Assembly: GCA_012295275.1 (NCBI GenBank)
Contig: CM022672.1
Location: 9,858,001 to 9,922,000, forward strand
Origin: Chrysomallon squamiferum
Lineage: Eukaryota; Animalia; Mollusca
Direction: 5' to 3'
DNA length: 64,000 bases
In this document: in pieces, positions 1 through 14,086 of the stretch
Numbering within the stretch: position 1 is the first letter of the stretch
Layout of the letters: each line of letters starts with the position of its first letter
Program-made: the position numbers and the translations under genes
Notes under the pieces: model-generated
Told to the model about the DNA's origin: nothing
Database searches by the model: none
What the model saw: the letters and a program-made list of their open reading frames with translations, nothing else

Positions 1-1393
1 ATAATTGTATTTTAACAAACAATCAAATAAAATATGGATTTTTTTTTTTTAAATGCATGTAACTGAGTGAAAATAATACAAGCTTTATTAAAAAAAATAA
101 TAATTCAGTGAAACTTCTGTCTTTTTTCATTTATTTATTTTATGTTTGTTTCATCTATTTTTTTTTTAGTTTATTTTTCTTTACTTTATCATTATTAAAA
201 TTATTATTATTATTATTATTAAATCAAAAAAATAAAATAAATTAATAAATAAATCAAAAAAGAAGATCAATATGTAAATTAATAAATGAAAAACATTAAG
301 AGAAGTGTATTTCCAAATTAAGTTATTAAGTGAAAGAATATGGAACATAATTAGAACCAGATCACTTTTAATAACAATTTTTTTTTTTTTTTTTTTTAAT
401 TTATCAGTAATCTGTCTATGTCATAATCCATTTTACATTTTCCACTTGTAGAAATTAAAAACGATTTGTTTGTTCAGTTTTCTGGGTTGATTAATTTCTT
501 TTTTCTTTGACTCCAGCAGCTGCTTAAAACAAACAAAAGAGAAATTCAAAACACATTATCAGCCACCATTTTCAATCTCAATCTTTTTCTTATATTGACA
601 GGACTGGAAAATAACAAACAACATTTGATACCAAGCATGAAAAAATACTGTGTAACAGTTTGATTAAACAAACACATCCAGTGCAACCTTTGTTTTTTTA
701 ATACATTTGATGAGAGACGAGAATATTATGGAAGAAAAGAATGAAAAACTGGATAATAATATGGGAGACTATTATTCACAGATATAAAATGGTTTAAGTT
801 CTGAAACTGATAGTGTCTTTTAAAGATATCCTATCTTGAAAACTATGAAATAAAATATATATATATATAATTTTCTTTTAAATACTTTTTTCTTTCAAAA
901 TTTTACAAAACAAATATATACAATTACAAAATTAAGATTGTTTTATGTATTAAATTTTTTCAAGTTTTATGTAAAATGTATATATATATATATATACTAC
1001 ATAAAACAAAAATTTGTAATATATAAAACACTCTTAACATTGTTTTATCTTTGCAAGGATTATTGGCATGAGAAATATTCTAACAGGTATAGTCCAAAGA
1101 TGGGGCACTAAAATAGTCTAATGAATGTAACTAACAGTAAACCAGTGAGATGAAAATTATTCAGTTTCCTAAAAGATCTTAGTAAACATTCAAAATGTAT
1201 TGTTTTGTACATTCCAATACTGATAATGCCATTATGACTACTTGAGCCCAGATTAAACTCAAATAGTGCAGAAGAAATGAAGTATGAAAAGAAAGCACAT
1301 GCAGAAAATGGATGACTGAATTTACACAAGACCTTTTCTGAGTTGTTTAGTTGTTATGTTCATATTGCATGTCTATGGAAATAAATTAACAAG

Positions 1394-1427
<34 letters not shown>

Positions 1428-2242
1428 GTTCTGGTCATATTAAGAAATGTTTTTATTTATTTATAACAAGAGTCAGGGTTGTTTGTGTCTTTAAACACAT
1501 TTTTTCAAAAATTTGTTCAGTACATGTTTTGTGAGGTAAAGAAACATTAAAATAAATAAAACTAGAAATATTCTGTGAAACTTGGTGTCTTACTTTATGG
1601 TAAATGTCTTTAAACAGTGAGCTCATTAACTGACTGACTGAATAAATAAATAATGAAACACTGAATAACAAATTATTAAGTGAATGAATGAGTTTGTTTA
1701 AGCCATATTGACACTATTTTAACAGTAATATTAATAATCTTACTGTTATATAATTATTTATTTATTTATTATTTATTTATTTCCATTACTTGTTCAATAA
1801 AGAACAAGGACTCTTTTTATGCACCATCCAATAAACAAGAAAACACATTAACAAGATAAGCAGCACTGGTTGGAATGTGAGACAGCTCATCGATTGTAAT
1901 GAAAATGAACAATCTAGTGAACTTATAATCATCATCATCATCATCATTACTTATAATAATAAATAAATATTAATAGATTCAGTCTATATCAGTGTGGGTA
2001 ATCATTATCAGTACTCAACAATTAATATTTACTTAGAAGACAATTTAAAATATTTACCATTTCCAGTATAACTGTCTAGACATCATCATAAGTCTGCTGT
2101 GACTTCCCCAATGTTAGAATGGGGAAAAAAAAATATATATATATATATATATTCTTTATCTAAGATGTAAGTAAAAATAAATGATGTCCATAAAAAAAAT
2201 AAAAAAATAAAAAAAAAAAAAAAAAAAAAAAAAATAAAATAC

Positions 2243-2300
<58 letters not shown>

Positions 2301-3829
2301 AAACTGGGAAAAATAAGATAAGCTTCAATTACAGAAATAGCTGATATGAAATTTATTATGCGTGATATGATGCTTAGAAATATTCTATTTACAGATCTTA
2401 ATGATATTTCATTCTGGAACTCCCCTTTATATACATAACATGTTTATACTATTAAATGATTAAGAGATCTGTGCCTGAATGGGAAAAGCTGTATAAGACA
2501 TTAGTTCAGCTGATATTTGTTTGTTTTTATCATTACTGTAATGAACAGTGTTTCTCAGCAATTTAACAAGAAAGTTATTTGATTTTTTTGTTTTGAAATA
2601 GAAAAAATATTTTACAAATTTAGTTTTCATTTCTTTTGAAATATTTTAATTACTTTTATTGCTGTTATTAGTTAATAGTTACATACATATGTACATACAA
2701 ACACATATAAAAACAACAAGCATACACACACATATACACACACACACACAGACACATACATATATACATACATATTATATACATACATACATACATACAT
2801 ACACACAAACACGCACACAGATTCATGTACAAACATATATATATACACTTACATATATATTGTGTGTGTATGAAAATTCATTATATAAAAAATAAAATAG
2901 CAAAAGACTCTTTTCTATTCTATCTGCTATAACCTCAAAGAATTAATAATTTAAAAAGACAAGGAAATTGTGTGAAATTCAATTACATACACAGCTTGAT
3001 CAGTCTAGATGTAGGTGGCTCTGCAGTGTACTAGAAACAGCAAGAAATAAAGAATCAAATACCAAAATAAAATCTTTTACATCATTGCATGTCAGAGGGT
3101 GGACACTATATTTATATTAATATTTTTAGTTAAGAATGTTGCTGGTATTTAACAAGAAGAATCAGTGGGCTGAAAAAAAAAAAAAAAAAAAAAAAAAAAG
3201 AGATACTTTCATTATTATTTGTGTGTGTGTGTGTGTGTTAAATAAAATTAATTTACACCAGAATATTAATATACTTGTAAAGATACAAGTTATCTACAAG
3301 CATATCTGAATTAGTGAAGCAAAACAAAACAATTTTTAGATGTAAAGGCACTGAGCAGAAATAGACTTGAAATCCCAAGAAGTTTGTTTCTTTGTAAAAC
3401 AGACAAAATATTTAGTATATATGCAGAATACAGCAATGTAGATTTGTACTGATTTGTGTATTTACTTCAGTACATATGTATATGTGTATGTACAGATGCA
3501 TATGTGTGTTTTTTGTTTGTGTCTGCGTGTGTGTGTGAGTGTGTGTGTAAATGAACACAATTTTAACCATAAAATACACATACTGGTATTTATTACAAGT
3601 CTCAATCATTTTTATGTTGGGGTCATCTAACCATAATCCTGGCAATTTTAGTTATTTCTGTAACAATTATGATTGCAGTTACCAATCTGAGTTCGATTGC
3701 AGGTTATATTACTGGAGAAGTGTATTATCATTTCCAATTATAGATAATGATTACCCTGTATCTCGAGTGTGTCTGAGTATTTATAATAAGGTCATGAGTA
3801 GTTCATAGAGTTTACTTTCTGTTAACGCC

Positions 3830-4850
3830 CAGCATACTCTATTATAAATCTTCTCATTTAACAGTATACTCCATTATAAATCTTCTCATTTAACAGTACA
3901 CTCCATTATAAAAACTCTCATTTAACAATACACACCATTGTAAATCCTTTCATTTAACAATATTCCCATTTAAAATCTACTCATTATCAACTTTCCCATT
4001 TTAATAACTAAATCCATTATCAGTCTTCCCATTTCATAAACAATATATCCAATTATCAATATTTTTACTTTAAGAATTGTTTTCAAATTAACAATATACT
4101 CTATCATCAATCTTATCATATTAACAATATACTCTATCATCAATCTTCTCATATTAACAATATATTCCATTATCAACTGAAACATTGACAGTATACTTCA
4201 CTATGAACATTACCCTTTAACAATACACTCCACTGTTAGGATCCCACTTAACAATAGACTCCATACCTGCCTGATATTTTTAACAATAAACATCAATATC
4301 AACATTCAACTTTAATAAGGACACTCTACTATCAACAATAAACTCCACTTTTAACATCACTTTTATCAAAACGATCCAGTATTAAAAATCCCATTTTATC
4401 AATATGCAATTCAGCTATCAAAATTTTCCATTAACAATATAGTTCACTTTTAACTGTTCCACTTTAACAATACTTTCTGTTATTAACATCATGTTTATCA
4501 AAATACTCAACTATCAACTGAAACTTTAACTAGCTTTCAACATTCCCCTTTAATAAAATATACTCCACTATTAACTTTCCCATTTAACTATCTACTTCAC
4601 TATTAATATCACATTTAGCAGCAACCGACTCCACTATCAAAAATCCCACTACAACAAAAAATTCTATTTTCAACTCTAACAATAAACTCCACTACCAAAA
4701 TTCCCATTTAACAATACACTCCACTATTAACAATGCATTCCACTATTTAACTTCCCCACTTTAACAATACGCCCCACTATCAAAACTTCCCCTTAAACAA
4801 TACACTCCACTATTAACATCCCATTTAACAATACACTTCACTATTAACGT
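3830..4850. repeat. Degenerate ~32-bp minisatellite, ~1 kb
   Basis: Recurring TTAACA(A/G)TA(C/T)ACTCCA(C/T)TAT.AA..TTC.CAT units. Confidence 0.85.
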
Positions 4851-4899
4851 GTGTAATCAACTCCATTACAAGATAAAACATAGAAAAAAGATTTATCAA

Positions 4900-5192
4900 C
4901 AAAAAACGTAAGCTGTCGCAAGTGATGAAAGTTCCTTTTTGGCGAGGGAGCGACTATTTCGATGTGGATTTCGCCTCTTGTTTCTGCGATGTCCCCTTTG
5001 CCTCTCTCTCATCCAGTCAATGGGAAGCTGATCTGTGAATAATCAATAGCGAGCGGCAGCCAGTAAAACGTGCATGGGCTCAACAAAGACCTATCGTACT
5101 GACAAGCTGCATTCACATAATGTGAACTTTCCTCGTGCAATCAGTTAAGTTAAAAGATTCTGAGGGAAATCTATGGATTTAACTAGAATAAG
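4900..5192 (+). promoter_or_regulatory. Candidate promoter/non-coding first exon, possibly of the OA2-like receptor
   Basis: Island of complex, CpG-containing sequence in CpG-poor surroundings, ending at an AAG|GTAGGA donor (5193). The link to the GPCR is an inference. Confidence 0.3.
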
Positions 5193-6279
5193 GTAGGAAT
5201 CATTGTACACTGATCATGATAAATCTCGTGGATTAAACAGTAATATACACTGGGTAGTATATATATATCATAATTATAGTGTGATATATTTACTGCATTT
5301 TTTTTTTTTTTTTTTTAAATATTCTTCGTTTATGTAAAAGTTCAGGATAACAAAAAAATAATAATAATGAAAATAAATATATATATATATATATTTTTTT
5401 AATTTTTCAAAGGGATTTTATTTTAGTAATGGAAGAAAGAATTTAAAAGTTATTTGTTGTTTTGAAGTAAATGTTTTGTAAAGGCAAAGAGAATTTAAAT
5501 AAGTTTTATTTATATATGAGTGAATTAGCTAGTGTGTGTAATATTTTATTTGCAAGTTGATTTTAATTCATTTGATGCACATGTAATTTAAGGTAAATAT
5601 ATAAAATAATTATATTTTCAAATTAATATAGAAAATTAAATTTTAATTAGAATTCATTCCCTTAGTAAATTTTATTTTTTAAATTAATAACTGAAACAAT
5701 GTCAAATGTGTGCCTGTATTTATAAAAAGAAAACAATGAAGACATAATAATTATGATGATAATAATAATAAATAATAATTAATAAATGTATTATTTAGTA
5801 AGCTTGTCCTTATGAAACTGACATAAATTAAACCCCTTTTATTTAAAAAATAAATAAAATTTAATCACTTATTTACTTATTTTAAAATTTATAATAACCT
5901 TTTAATTTCAACTCATTAAATACAATGAATAAAACAATCAAATATTTATATTAAACTTATAATAATCTTTTGATCATTAAATACAGCACACCTGTAAAAC
6001 ATGTGTCACGCTGAAGAAAGGCAAACAGTAATTAATCAATTAGTCAATTGACTTTTTACTATTATTTTTGTTATTATTATTGTTTTTTTAAATGACAGAT
6101 GTGTACATTTTTAGAGGCCCGTCTGTTAGTAGATATAATATAAAAAAAAATTCATATCCACCATTTATTTTTTATAACATTCAAGTTATTTTATGAATAT
6201 AATTTTTCATTTATTGGTATCATTTTTCTGACACTATAATATAACTGTATTTATTTATTTTCCAATAAGATGTTTTATC

Positions 6280-6353
<74 letters not shown>

Positions 6354-6849
6354 CTATTTTGCACACATACATCTATACATATATACATATATATATATAC
6401 CCATATATACACACACACACACACACAAGAAATCTTTTAATATTCATTAGCTGAATATTATATTCACCTAACATTTATTAATTTAAAATGATGATGATGA
6501 TGATTATGATGAAAAAAACAACCCATAAGAACAAGAAGAAGAAGACCTAAACTTACTAAACCAAGGTGTATCTGAATAAATCTATGTAATAATAAAATCT
6601 GTAAGCTTTAGATTTGTTTTTAAAACTATGTTTCCAAAGGGAATAAATATTTGATCTGTTTTTCTCATACAGTCACAAATTCCTGAGTTTTGCCAAGTTC
6701 TCCATTCTCAGTGTGTTTCTGTAGTAATTAAGTCATTGGTTCTGAAACATTTGAGAGAAAAAGAAAAGGTACATGATGAATTTAACATAAGTAATTTAAA
6801 GAAACGTATAAGTAATTAGTAGGTTGGTTTTTCATGTGCAATTCTAATG

Positions 6850-7025
6850 TGTACACGTCTGTGTGTATTTATACTTTTATACATTTGTGTGTATACTTAT
6901 GTGTGATTATGTATGTTTGTGTGTGTATGTATATCTATGTATGTATGTACTTGTCTGTCTTTATGTATGTATGTATGTATGTATCTATGTATGTATGTAT
7001 ATATCTATGTATGTATATATGTATG

Positions 7026-7059
<34 letters not shown>

Positions 7060-7090
7060 TGTATGTATGTATGTATGTATGTATGTATGT
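6850..7090. repeat. (TATG)n microsatellite, degenerate
   Basis: Seen directly; source of spurious MYVC-type ORFs. Confidence 0.95.
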
Positions 7091-7875
7091 AGTTTTTTTA
7101 TACATATATCAGTATATGTATGAATTTATGAAAAAAAGAATATGTTTGTGCACTGTATGTGTCTACAAAAGAATGCAGGTATGTGTGTTTAGATATGTGG
7201 TATGTCTACGTAAATGTACCTAACATATCTATGGATCTCTTCATGCATTAATGTTAGAGCAAATGAGTGTTGTTATGCATGAATAAATACATGTGTTTGT
7301 ACGTGCATGCTTGTATGAAAGGAGTTGTTTATGTGCATGTTTTTTCACATACTCAGTCATGTACGTGCACATGCCTATTTACCACAGCAAACAAAGTTCA
7401 AAATACCCATCAGTGTTGAAAAATAATGTGGTTATGTTTCTATGATAACCATTAACACAAAGAGAGGAAATAAAACAAAACAGAGATAATTCAATATTGT
7501 TGTGATTCTAATTACACTGGAATCAGTTCTTCCTGTCAGAAAAACAGCGATTGTGAAAAATAAATAAAATAAAATAAAATAAAATAATAATAAGAATTAA
7601 ATTGAAAAAAAAAAAACGAAAAAAAAAGAGAAGAAAAATATTTGAAAGTAAAAAACAAAACAAAAAATTAAACAAAAAAACCCAACTACATAATAAAGCC
7701 AATATTATGTCTGCAAAATAATCATTCTGGTTTTTCAATATCATGAAATAAAATAAATTAAATAAGTATAGAAAGTAAGATTACGTTAGAAACAAAACAA
7801 TAATAAATATAAAAATTATTGAAATAATTAATTTTTTAAAACATCACCAAAAATATAACATCTTTTCATTATTTT

Positions 7876-7991
<116 letters not shown>

Positions 7992-8439
7992 CTCACTCTA
8001 TTTTACTCTCAGATTCATGTAACAAACACATACACTGGCATACACTATAAAATAAATTGTTTAATACAAACTACATCACTTCTTTTCTCCAAGTCTCCTT
8101 AAATACCCAGAAAGATAAAAAGCATTAAATTCTTCAATAAAATTATTAAAGATGTACGACATCAAAAGAACCAGAAACTGCAAACTGTCTTTACAAAACA
8201 AAAACTCTGTAATTCAAATCTTTATTTTCATTCATAAACCAGACTGTGTGTCTGCAAATAATAACACACAGCAGCCATAACTGACCTGTGTAATTGTATT
8301 AAGTGAAAGGAGAATGACAGAGGGAGAGACACCCAGTATAAACCAACAGAATAATCATCCCAAACTAGCACTGCTGACACTAACAAGTTTTTAACATGGC
8401 AGACACAGAGATCAAATTCAAAGAGATTATTGGAAAGAT

Positions 8440-8885
8440 GAAAGTGTGTATGAATGTCAGTTTGCATACTGTTTATGTGTTTTCTTCTTAGACTTAGTGT
8501 ACAGAGTGAAAGTGTATATATGTCAATTTGTGTACTGTTTATGTATTTTATTCTTAGACTTAGTGTACAGAGTGAAAGTGTATAAATGATTGTGTACTGT
8601 TTATGTAGACTTAGTGTATAGACTGAAAGTGTATATATGTCAATTTGTGTACTGTTTATGTAGACTTAGTGTATAGAGTGAGTGTATATATGTCAATTTG
8701 TGTAGTTTATGTGTTTTATTCTTAGACTTAGTGTACAGAGTGAAAATATGAATGTCAAATTGTGTTCAGTTTATGTATTTTACTCTTAGACTTAATGTAC
8801 AGAGTGAAAATATGAATGTCAAATGGTGTTTTGTTTATGTATTTTATTCTTAGGCTGTGTAGAGAATGAAAGTTTAAAAATGTCA
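8440..8885. repeat. Minisatellite, ~55-66-bp unit, about 7 copies
   Basis: Recurring TAGACTTAGTGTACAGAGTGAAAGTGTATATATGTCAATTTGTGTACTGTTTATG. Confidence 0.85.
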
Positions 8886-9775
8886 AAAAATCAAAATTGC
8901 ATATTATGTTTACTGGTTTAAATATGTTTGATGTATAACTGTAATATGTATTTTGTCTCAGTATGTCTGCAGTGTGTGCATGTAGTATATATGCAGTATG
9001 TGTGTATGATATGGGCATATTATAAATGCAATAAACATGCAATGCTAAAGCATTTAAAACTTCATTCTGAATGAAAAGGATCACTTATTTTTAAAAACCA
9101 CCTTACTATAATCTTCCCAAATTGTTACACTACTACACGGACCTGTAGTAAGAAGCCAGCTGCTTTGGGACAATCCAATTGTTCTGCTATTCATTTTAGT
9201 AGGCTCCTTTACATTAAGTCTGGATGTACAATGCCTGTGTGAATGGCTTTCCAAAATAGCTGCAGCAACATCGTTGATTGCCTGCATGTATCTGCTGCCC
9301 ACTCTCCAAATTACATTGAGCATTCATAAGAGTCCCTTGATTTTGTGTGTTCCGTTTTCTTAATTAATGGCTATCCCATGCTCTCTGCATGTTATCAACC
9401 TTTGTTATCTTCAGTGTAAGTTAGAATAAAAACTTAAGCTGGAGATTGTTCCACCCCATAGTTAGTAGGTATGAAGTTTCAAGATTAATCTTCTGTTTTT
9501 CTTTGAAACCCCTACACACAAAATTATTTTTTAAAAATGGAAGAAGTAATTATTAAACTGTGTTGATAGTAATTAAAGATTGTTGAAAGTTTGGAAATTA
9601 TTGGCTTATTAATTTTGTCCAAAGCTGAGATAATATCTAAATTAATTAGTATAATTATGTATAATGATGATGATGATGATGATGATGATGACTATTATTA
9701 TTATTAATTTCATTATTATTAGTAGTTGTTGTGGTAGCAGTAATAGTAGTAACAGTAATGACTGTAATAGTAGTT

Positions 9776-9817
<42 letters not shown>

Positions 9818-10469
9818 ATGACAGTAACAGTAGCAGTGACATATGTAAAAAATAATGATGAAAAATATGGTGTGCATTATTTGAAAATATATCGATGAAT
9901 AAAAAAAAATTCAAGTATAATAAAAACAAAATTTATATATTTTTATAATTATATATGTACAAAACATTTATTATTGTTTAAATTTTTAAAATTTTAAATT
10001 ATAATTAATACACATTGCATTAGAATTAAGAATGTATTTTAGATTGTAATATATGCGAACATAATACTTAATGGAGGTTTTGCAGTTTTTATTTTTTTAC
10101 TTTTTAATATAAACATTCCTGTTCACATATGTCAAATTCAGTATTAAACACTAATCAATTTAAAATATATCATAAACAAGCAACATCTGGTGTGTAAGAA
10201 AATGCTATTACCAAATAATTGAACAGTACACAACACAGAAACAACTGTTACCTAATAATCAGAGAGAAAACAATTTATTTAAAAAATAAGAAATAAAAAA
10301 ATTGTTTTATTATTGATCTACATTTTAGCATTAATACAGTATTGTAAAAAGTAGTATAAATGCACGAGTGGTTCTTTTTAAAATAAATTGTCAGTATCTT
10401 ATCTGGCACCCCCCTCACACACACATATTTGCACGTAATTCATGTATGATATATTTATTATTTAGTACC

Positions 10470-10509
<40 letters not shown>

Positions 10510-10571
10510 TTAGTACCAAATATATATATATATATATATGATATACTGATAGATAGATAGATATAAATATT

Positions 10572-10616
<45 letters not shown>

Positions 10617-10966
10617 TTGCCATAACATAATTAATTCATGTTCAGTAAAAATTCTAAATATCACTTCCACTTATATTATTTAATGTCTGGAATGAAGTAA
10701 ACATATATCTGAATCGTAATAAGAAGAAGACAATCTTATGTATGTATGTGTGTATATTTATAGATAAGTATGCATTACTGTTTATATATGTATGTATGTA
10801 TGTATACATGTGTATGTGTGTGTGTCTGTATGTTTGAATGTATGTATGTGTATGTGTTCATGTTTATATGTATGTATATGTGTGTGTATGTGTGTGTTTG
10901 TATGCATATATCTATGCATGTATATATGTAAGTGTCTGAGGATGTCTGCATATTTTTTCTATATAG

Positions 10967-11381
10967 AAATTTGCAAGGCAATAAGAAAACTCCATCAACA
11001 TTATATTCTGCACTTTCTGTGTGAATTCTCAGTTTGACTGCCTGTAATGACCAATCTACTTGTAAGCACTCGATGAAAGGAATCACACTTGGAAATCAAA
11101 TTGATTTATAAACAGAAAAGTGAAAAATGACCAATTGCTGTTGGTGACTATTTAATTCCATATTAGTTCATGCTTGGCTGCGTCTGCAAGATTTTCTAAT
11201 ATTTTATATGCTTCACTCATTTCACCATTCACAAGTATGCATCTCAAAACTGAATCAATATGGCTTCCCATACATCCGTTTTTTCCTTCATCTTGCATAG
11301 AAGATAATTATTAAAAACACATTCTTGCATGAAAATCCAATTGGTTTGAAGAAATGAAAATAAAGTGTCCATTTTCAAAAG
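10967..11381 (+). other. Candidate 5'UTR exon of the OA2-like receptor
   Basis: Complex sequence between acceptor ttttttctatatag (ends 10966) and donor-like AAG|GTCAGA (11382). The coding exon has its own acceptor ttgtttcag ending at 12232, with CTGAC about 25 nt upstream. Confidence 0.3.
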
Positions 11382-11955
11382 GTCAGAGAGTGAAATGACT
11401 TAATGAAGAGATCTTGCAGTATCAGCGACTGGTTTTGAAACACTCAAAACTTGTCAATGGAGAATTTGTTTACTGGACGGTTTTCAACTGAAAAAACCCA
11501 CAAAAAAATCCATACAGTCATCATAGTTAAATTTTAATGTATCAAAGAAAACTGTCAGAAAGAGATTGCAGACTCATCCTTAATTTATTTTATTTTCTTT
11601 TTTTTTCTTTCATACTCTGCCTCCCATTAATAATAATATATCAAATTCACTTCTATATTTTTTTCTTTCAAATCTTAGTATTATTAATAGTCACTTTTTC
11701 TTCTTTATTTTAGCATTATCAATTTCTTTTTTTAAGAGTTATCAACATATTTTTTATTTTAGTTTATTTAATTATTTATTTATTTCTGTGTTTTTCTTTT
11801 AGAATACATATATTAAAATAGATATTAAAGTAAAAGTAATCATGTCACAAAATCAACAATAAAGATTACTTCAACAACAACAATAATAGCAATAATAATA
11901 ATTGATATGTATTGAAGTCTAAGAATATGTCCTTTCTGTATAGAGTAGTAGTTGT

Positions 11956-11995
<40 letters not shown>

Positions 11996-12379
11996 ATTAT
12001 TATTATAATTATACATGTACATATTTTTTTGTTCTGTTAATAATTATACACATGCATGCATACTCATGCATACCTACACTCATTGACACATACAGAAACA
12101 CACAAACATACACTCAAACACACATGCACACACCAGTACTCAATCATAAACACACAAGCCAGATACTGCTTTCAAATACTACAGAAAATGAATCATCTTT
12201 GAAAACTGACTTTAATAATTATCTTGTTTCAGGAAACCATCACCACACACGGAGATCATACTAAAAATGAAAACAGTTAACCATCCATCCATTCAGTGGT
12301 CTGACAACAACACAGACAATTGCTTGGTGATCCATTTAGTCAGCGGGATTACAATTCATAGAAGTGGCTCATAAAAACC

Positions 12380-14086
12380 ATGGCCTTAGGAAGCTGGAAC
12401 ATTTCTGCCACCCAAACCAATGGATTTAACAACAGCACACAAATGGGCTATTTCCAAGCCACTCAGGGAGATGCAATTATGTCAACACCATTATATGGGC
12501 TAGCAGGACCAAGGGCTAATGGATCAAGTGTGTTAGAAAAAAATAACAGTTTCTTTCATGTGTGTGATTCAAACAGCACAACGGTCTGGAAGCTGACTTC
12601 TCCCATATGTTCAACACGCTACGAGTCGTTTGCCACCATAATCGTTGTGGCAATTATCCTGACGTTTGTGACGCTGTGGACGATTGTTGGCAATGTGGCT
12701 GTTGTGTTGGCGCTGTATTACTACCGGACACTGCGGACCATGTCAAACTGTCTGATAGGTAATCTGGCAATCAGTGATCTGCTGTTGGCCATCACGGTCC
12801 TGCCTATATCCACCACCAACGACATGCTGGGCTACTGGGTGTTTGGCGAGACTATGTGCACTATTTGGTTGTGTATTGATGTTTTATACTGCACAGCTTC
12901 TATTTGGGGTCTGTGCACCATAGCCTTCGACAGGTACACAGCAACAGTTTACCCAATGTGGTACCACGACCATCGTTCATCCAAGAAGCTGATCATCTAC
13001 ATTGCATTTGTGTGGATATTTTCAATTATCATTTCGTTCGCTCCTTTCATCGGATGGACGGACATGATACCAAATTTCTACCAGTACAGCTCGGTTCTCA
13101 ATCGTTTTGAATGTGTCTTGTTCTCCACTCAGAGCTACGTCTTCTATTCTGCTACAGGATCGTTCATTCTACCAATCTGCCTTATGGTTTTTTTATACAT
13201 CCGCATCTTCTCTGTGATACACAAACAGTCTCGCTCACTGAAATCAAAGACCAACCACTTGTGCTTTACAGAAAATACATCACCCAATCAAAATGGTTAT
13301 CCGCAAATTATCTCTCCTGATGCCGAAACCAATGTGGAAATAAATCTTCCGAGAGATGAGACGGGATTAACAGTTGTCACAGAGACAAGCCCTGTGACGG
13401 AAAACACGTATTTTTTGAATGCCAATAACCTAACACATAATGTAAAAACAGACATAACTAATACGGATAGTAACAAACATAGTAAACACAATAAACACAG
13501 TAAACAATGCCACAGCCTTCAGATTTCCAGTGAAGTAGATTGTGAAGCAGAGTTCTCATCAGAATACAACAGACTTGATGACATTTCTTCGTCTCAGAAT
13601 GGAATTAGGAAAAACGTTTCAGGTTATCATTCTGAGGACGAGAAACATCTGAATGGTAAATGTTCTAAAAGAAACAAAAGTGTCAGTATTTTCACAGAGT
13701 ACTCCTCAGACTCGTCTGACGAGAAGAGGAACATGGGAAGAAAAGCCAGTCGAGCGTTGCCATGGAATCCACTGAACGTGGATCGCAACCGACGCATGAC
13801 AATCAGCATGAAACGTCGACTGGAACTACGTGAACAGCGAGCCACAAAGAGGATGATGCTGATCATGGCATCATTTTGTTTCTGTTGGATACCATTTCTA
13901 GTGATGTATCTTACACGAAGTCTGTATGATGGTTTCTACATAAATGACCATTTTGTGGCTGTAATAATATGGCTGGGCTATGCCAACTCTGGTTTAAATC
14001 CTATTTTGTATACATTATTCAATGAGGATTTCAAAAAAGCTTTCAAGAAATTACTTCATATAGGTAACCACAGACAGCCTTTCTAA
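12380..14086 (+). CDS. Aminergic rhodopsin-family GPCR, octopamine receptor (Lymnaea OA2-like), single coding exon, 568 aa
   Basis: Seven hydrophobic segments with class A motifs: GN (TM1), NLAISD (TM2), WLCIDVLYCTASI with the amine-binding Asp3.32, FDRY, TM5 YSATGSF serines, CWIPF, WLGYANSGLNPILY. Long ICL3 and short C-tail. The segment ELREQRATKRM..HFVAVIIWLGY closely matches my recollection of Lymnaea OA2. The GPCR call is firm; the ligand is inferred. Confidence 0.93.
   Translation: MALGSWNISATQTNGFNNSTQMGYFQATQGDAIMSTPLYGLAGPRANGSSVLEKNNSFFHVCDSNSTTVWKLTSPICSTRYESFATIIVVAIILTFVTLWTIVGNVAVVLALYYYRTLRTMSNCLIGNLAISDLLLAITVLPISTTNDMLGYWVFGETMCTIWLCIDVLYCTASIWGLCTIAFDRYTATVYPMWYHDHRSSKKLIIYIAFVWIFSIIISFAPFIGWTDMIPNFYQYSSVLNRFECVLFSTQSYVFYSATGSFILPICLMVFLYIRIFSVIHKQSRSLKSKTNHLCFTENTSPNQNGYPQIISPDAETNVEINLPRDETGLTVVTETSPVTENTYFLNANNLTHNVKTDITNTDSNKHSKHNKHSKQCHSLQISSEVDCEAEFSSEYNRLDDISSSQNGIRKNVSGYHSEDEKHLNGKCSKRNKSVSIFTEYSSDSSDEKRNMGRKASRALPWNPLNVDRNRRMTISMKRRLELREQRATKRMMLIMASFCFCWIPFLVMYLTRSLYDGFYINDHFVAVIIWLGYANSGLNPILYTLFNEDFKKAFKKLLHIGNHRQPF

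Noticed and set aside
12904-13866. Overlapping and antisense short ORFs inside the OA2-like CDS (likewise inside 37143-39140 and the sacsin exons)
   Set aside because: Expected shadow ORFs in GC-richer coding DNA, with no recognisable motifs.
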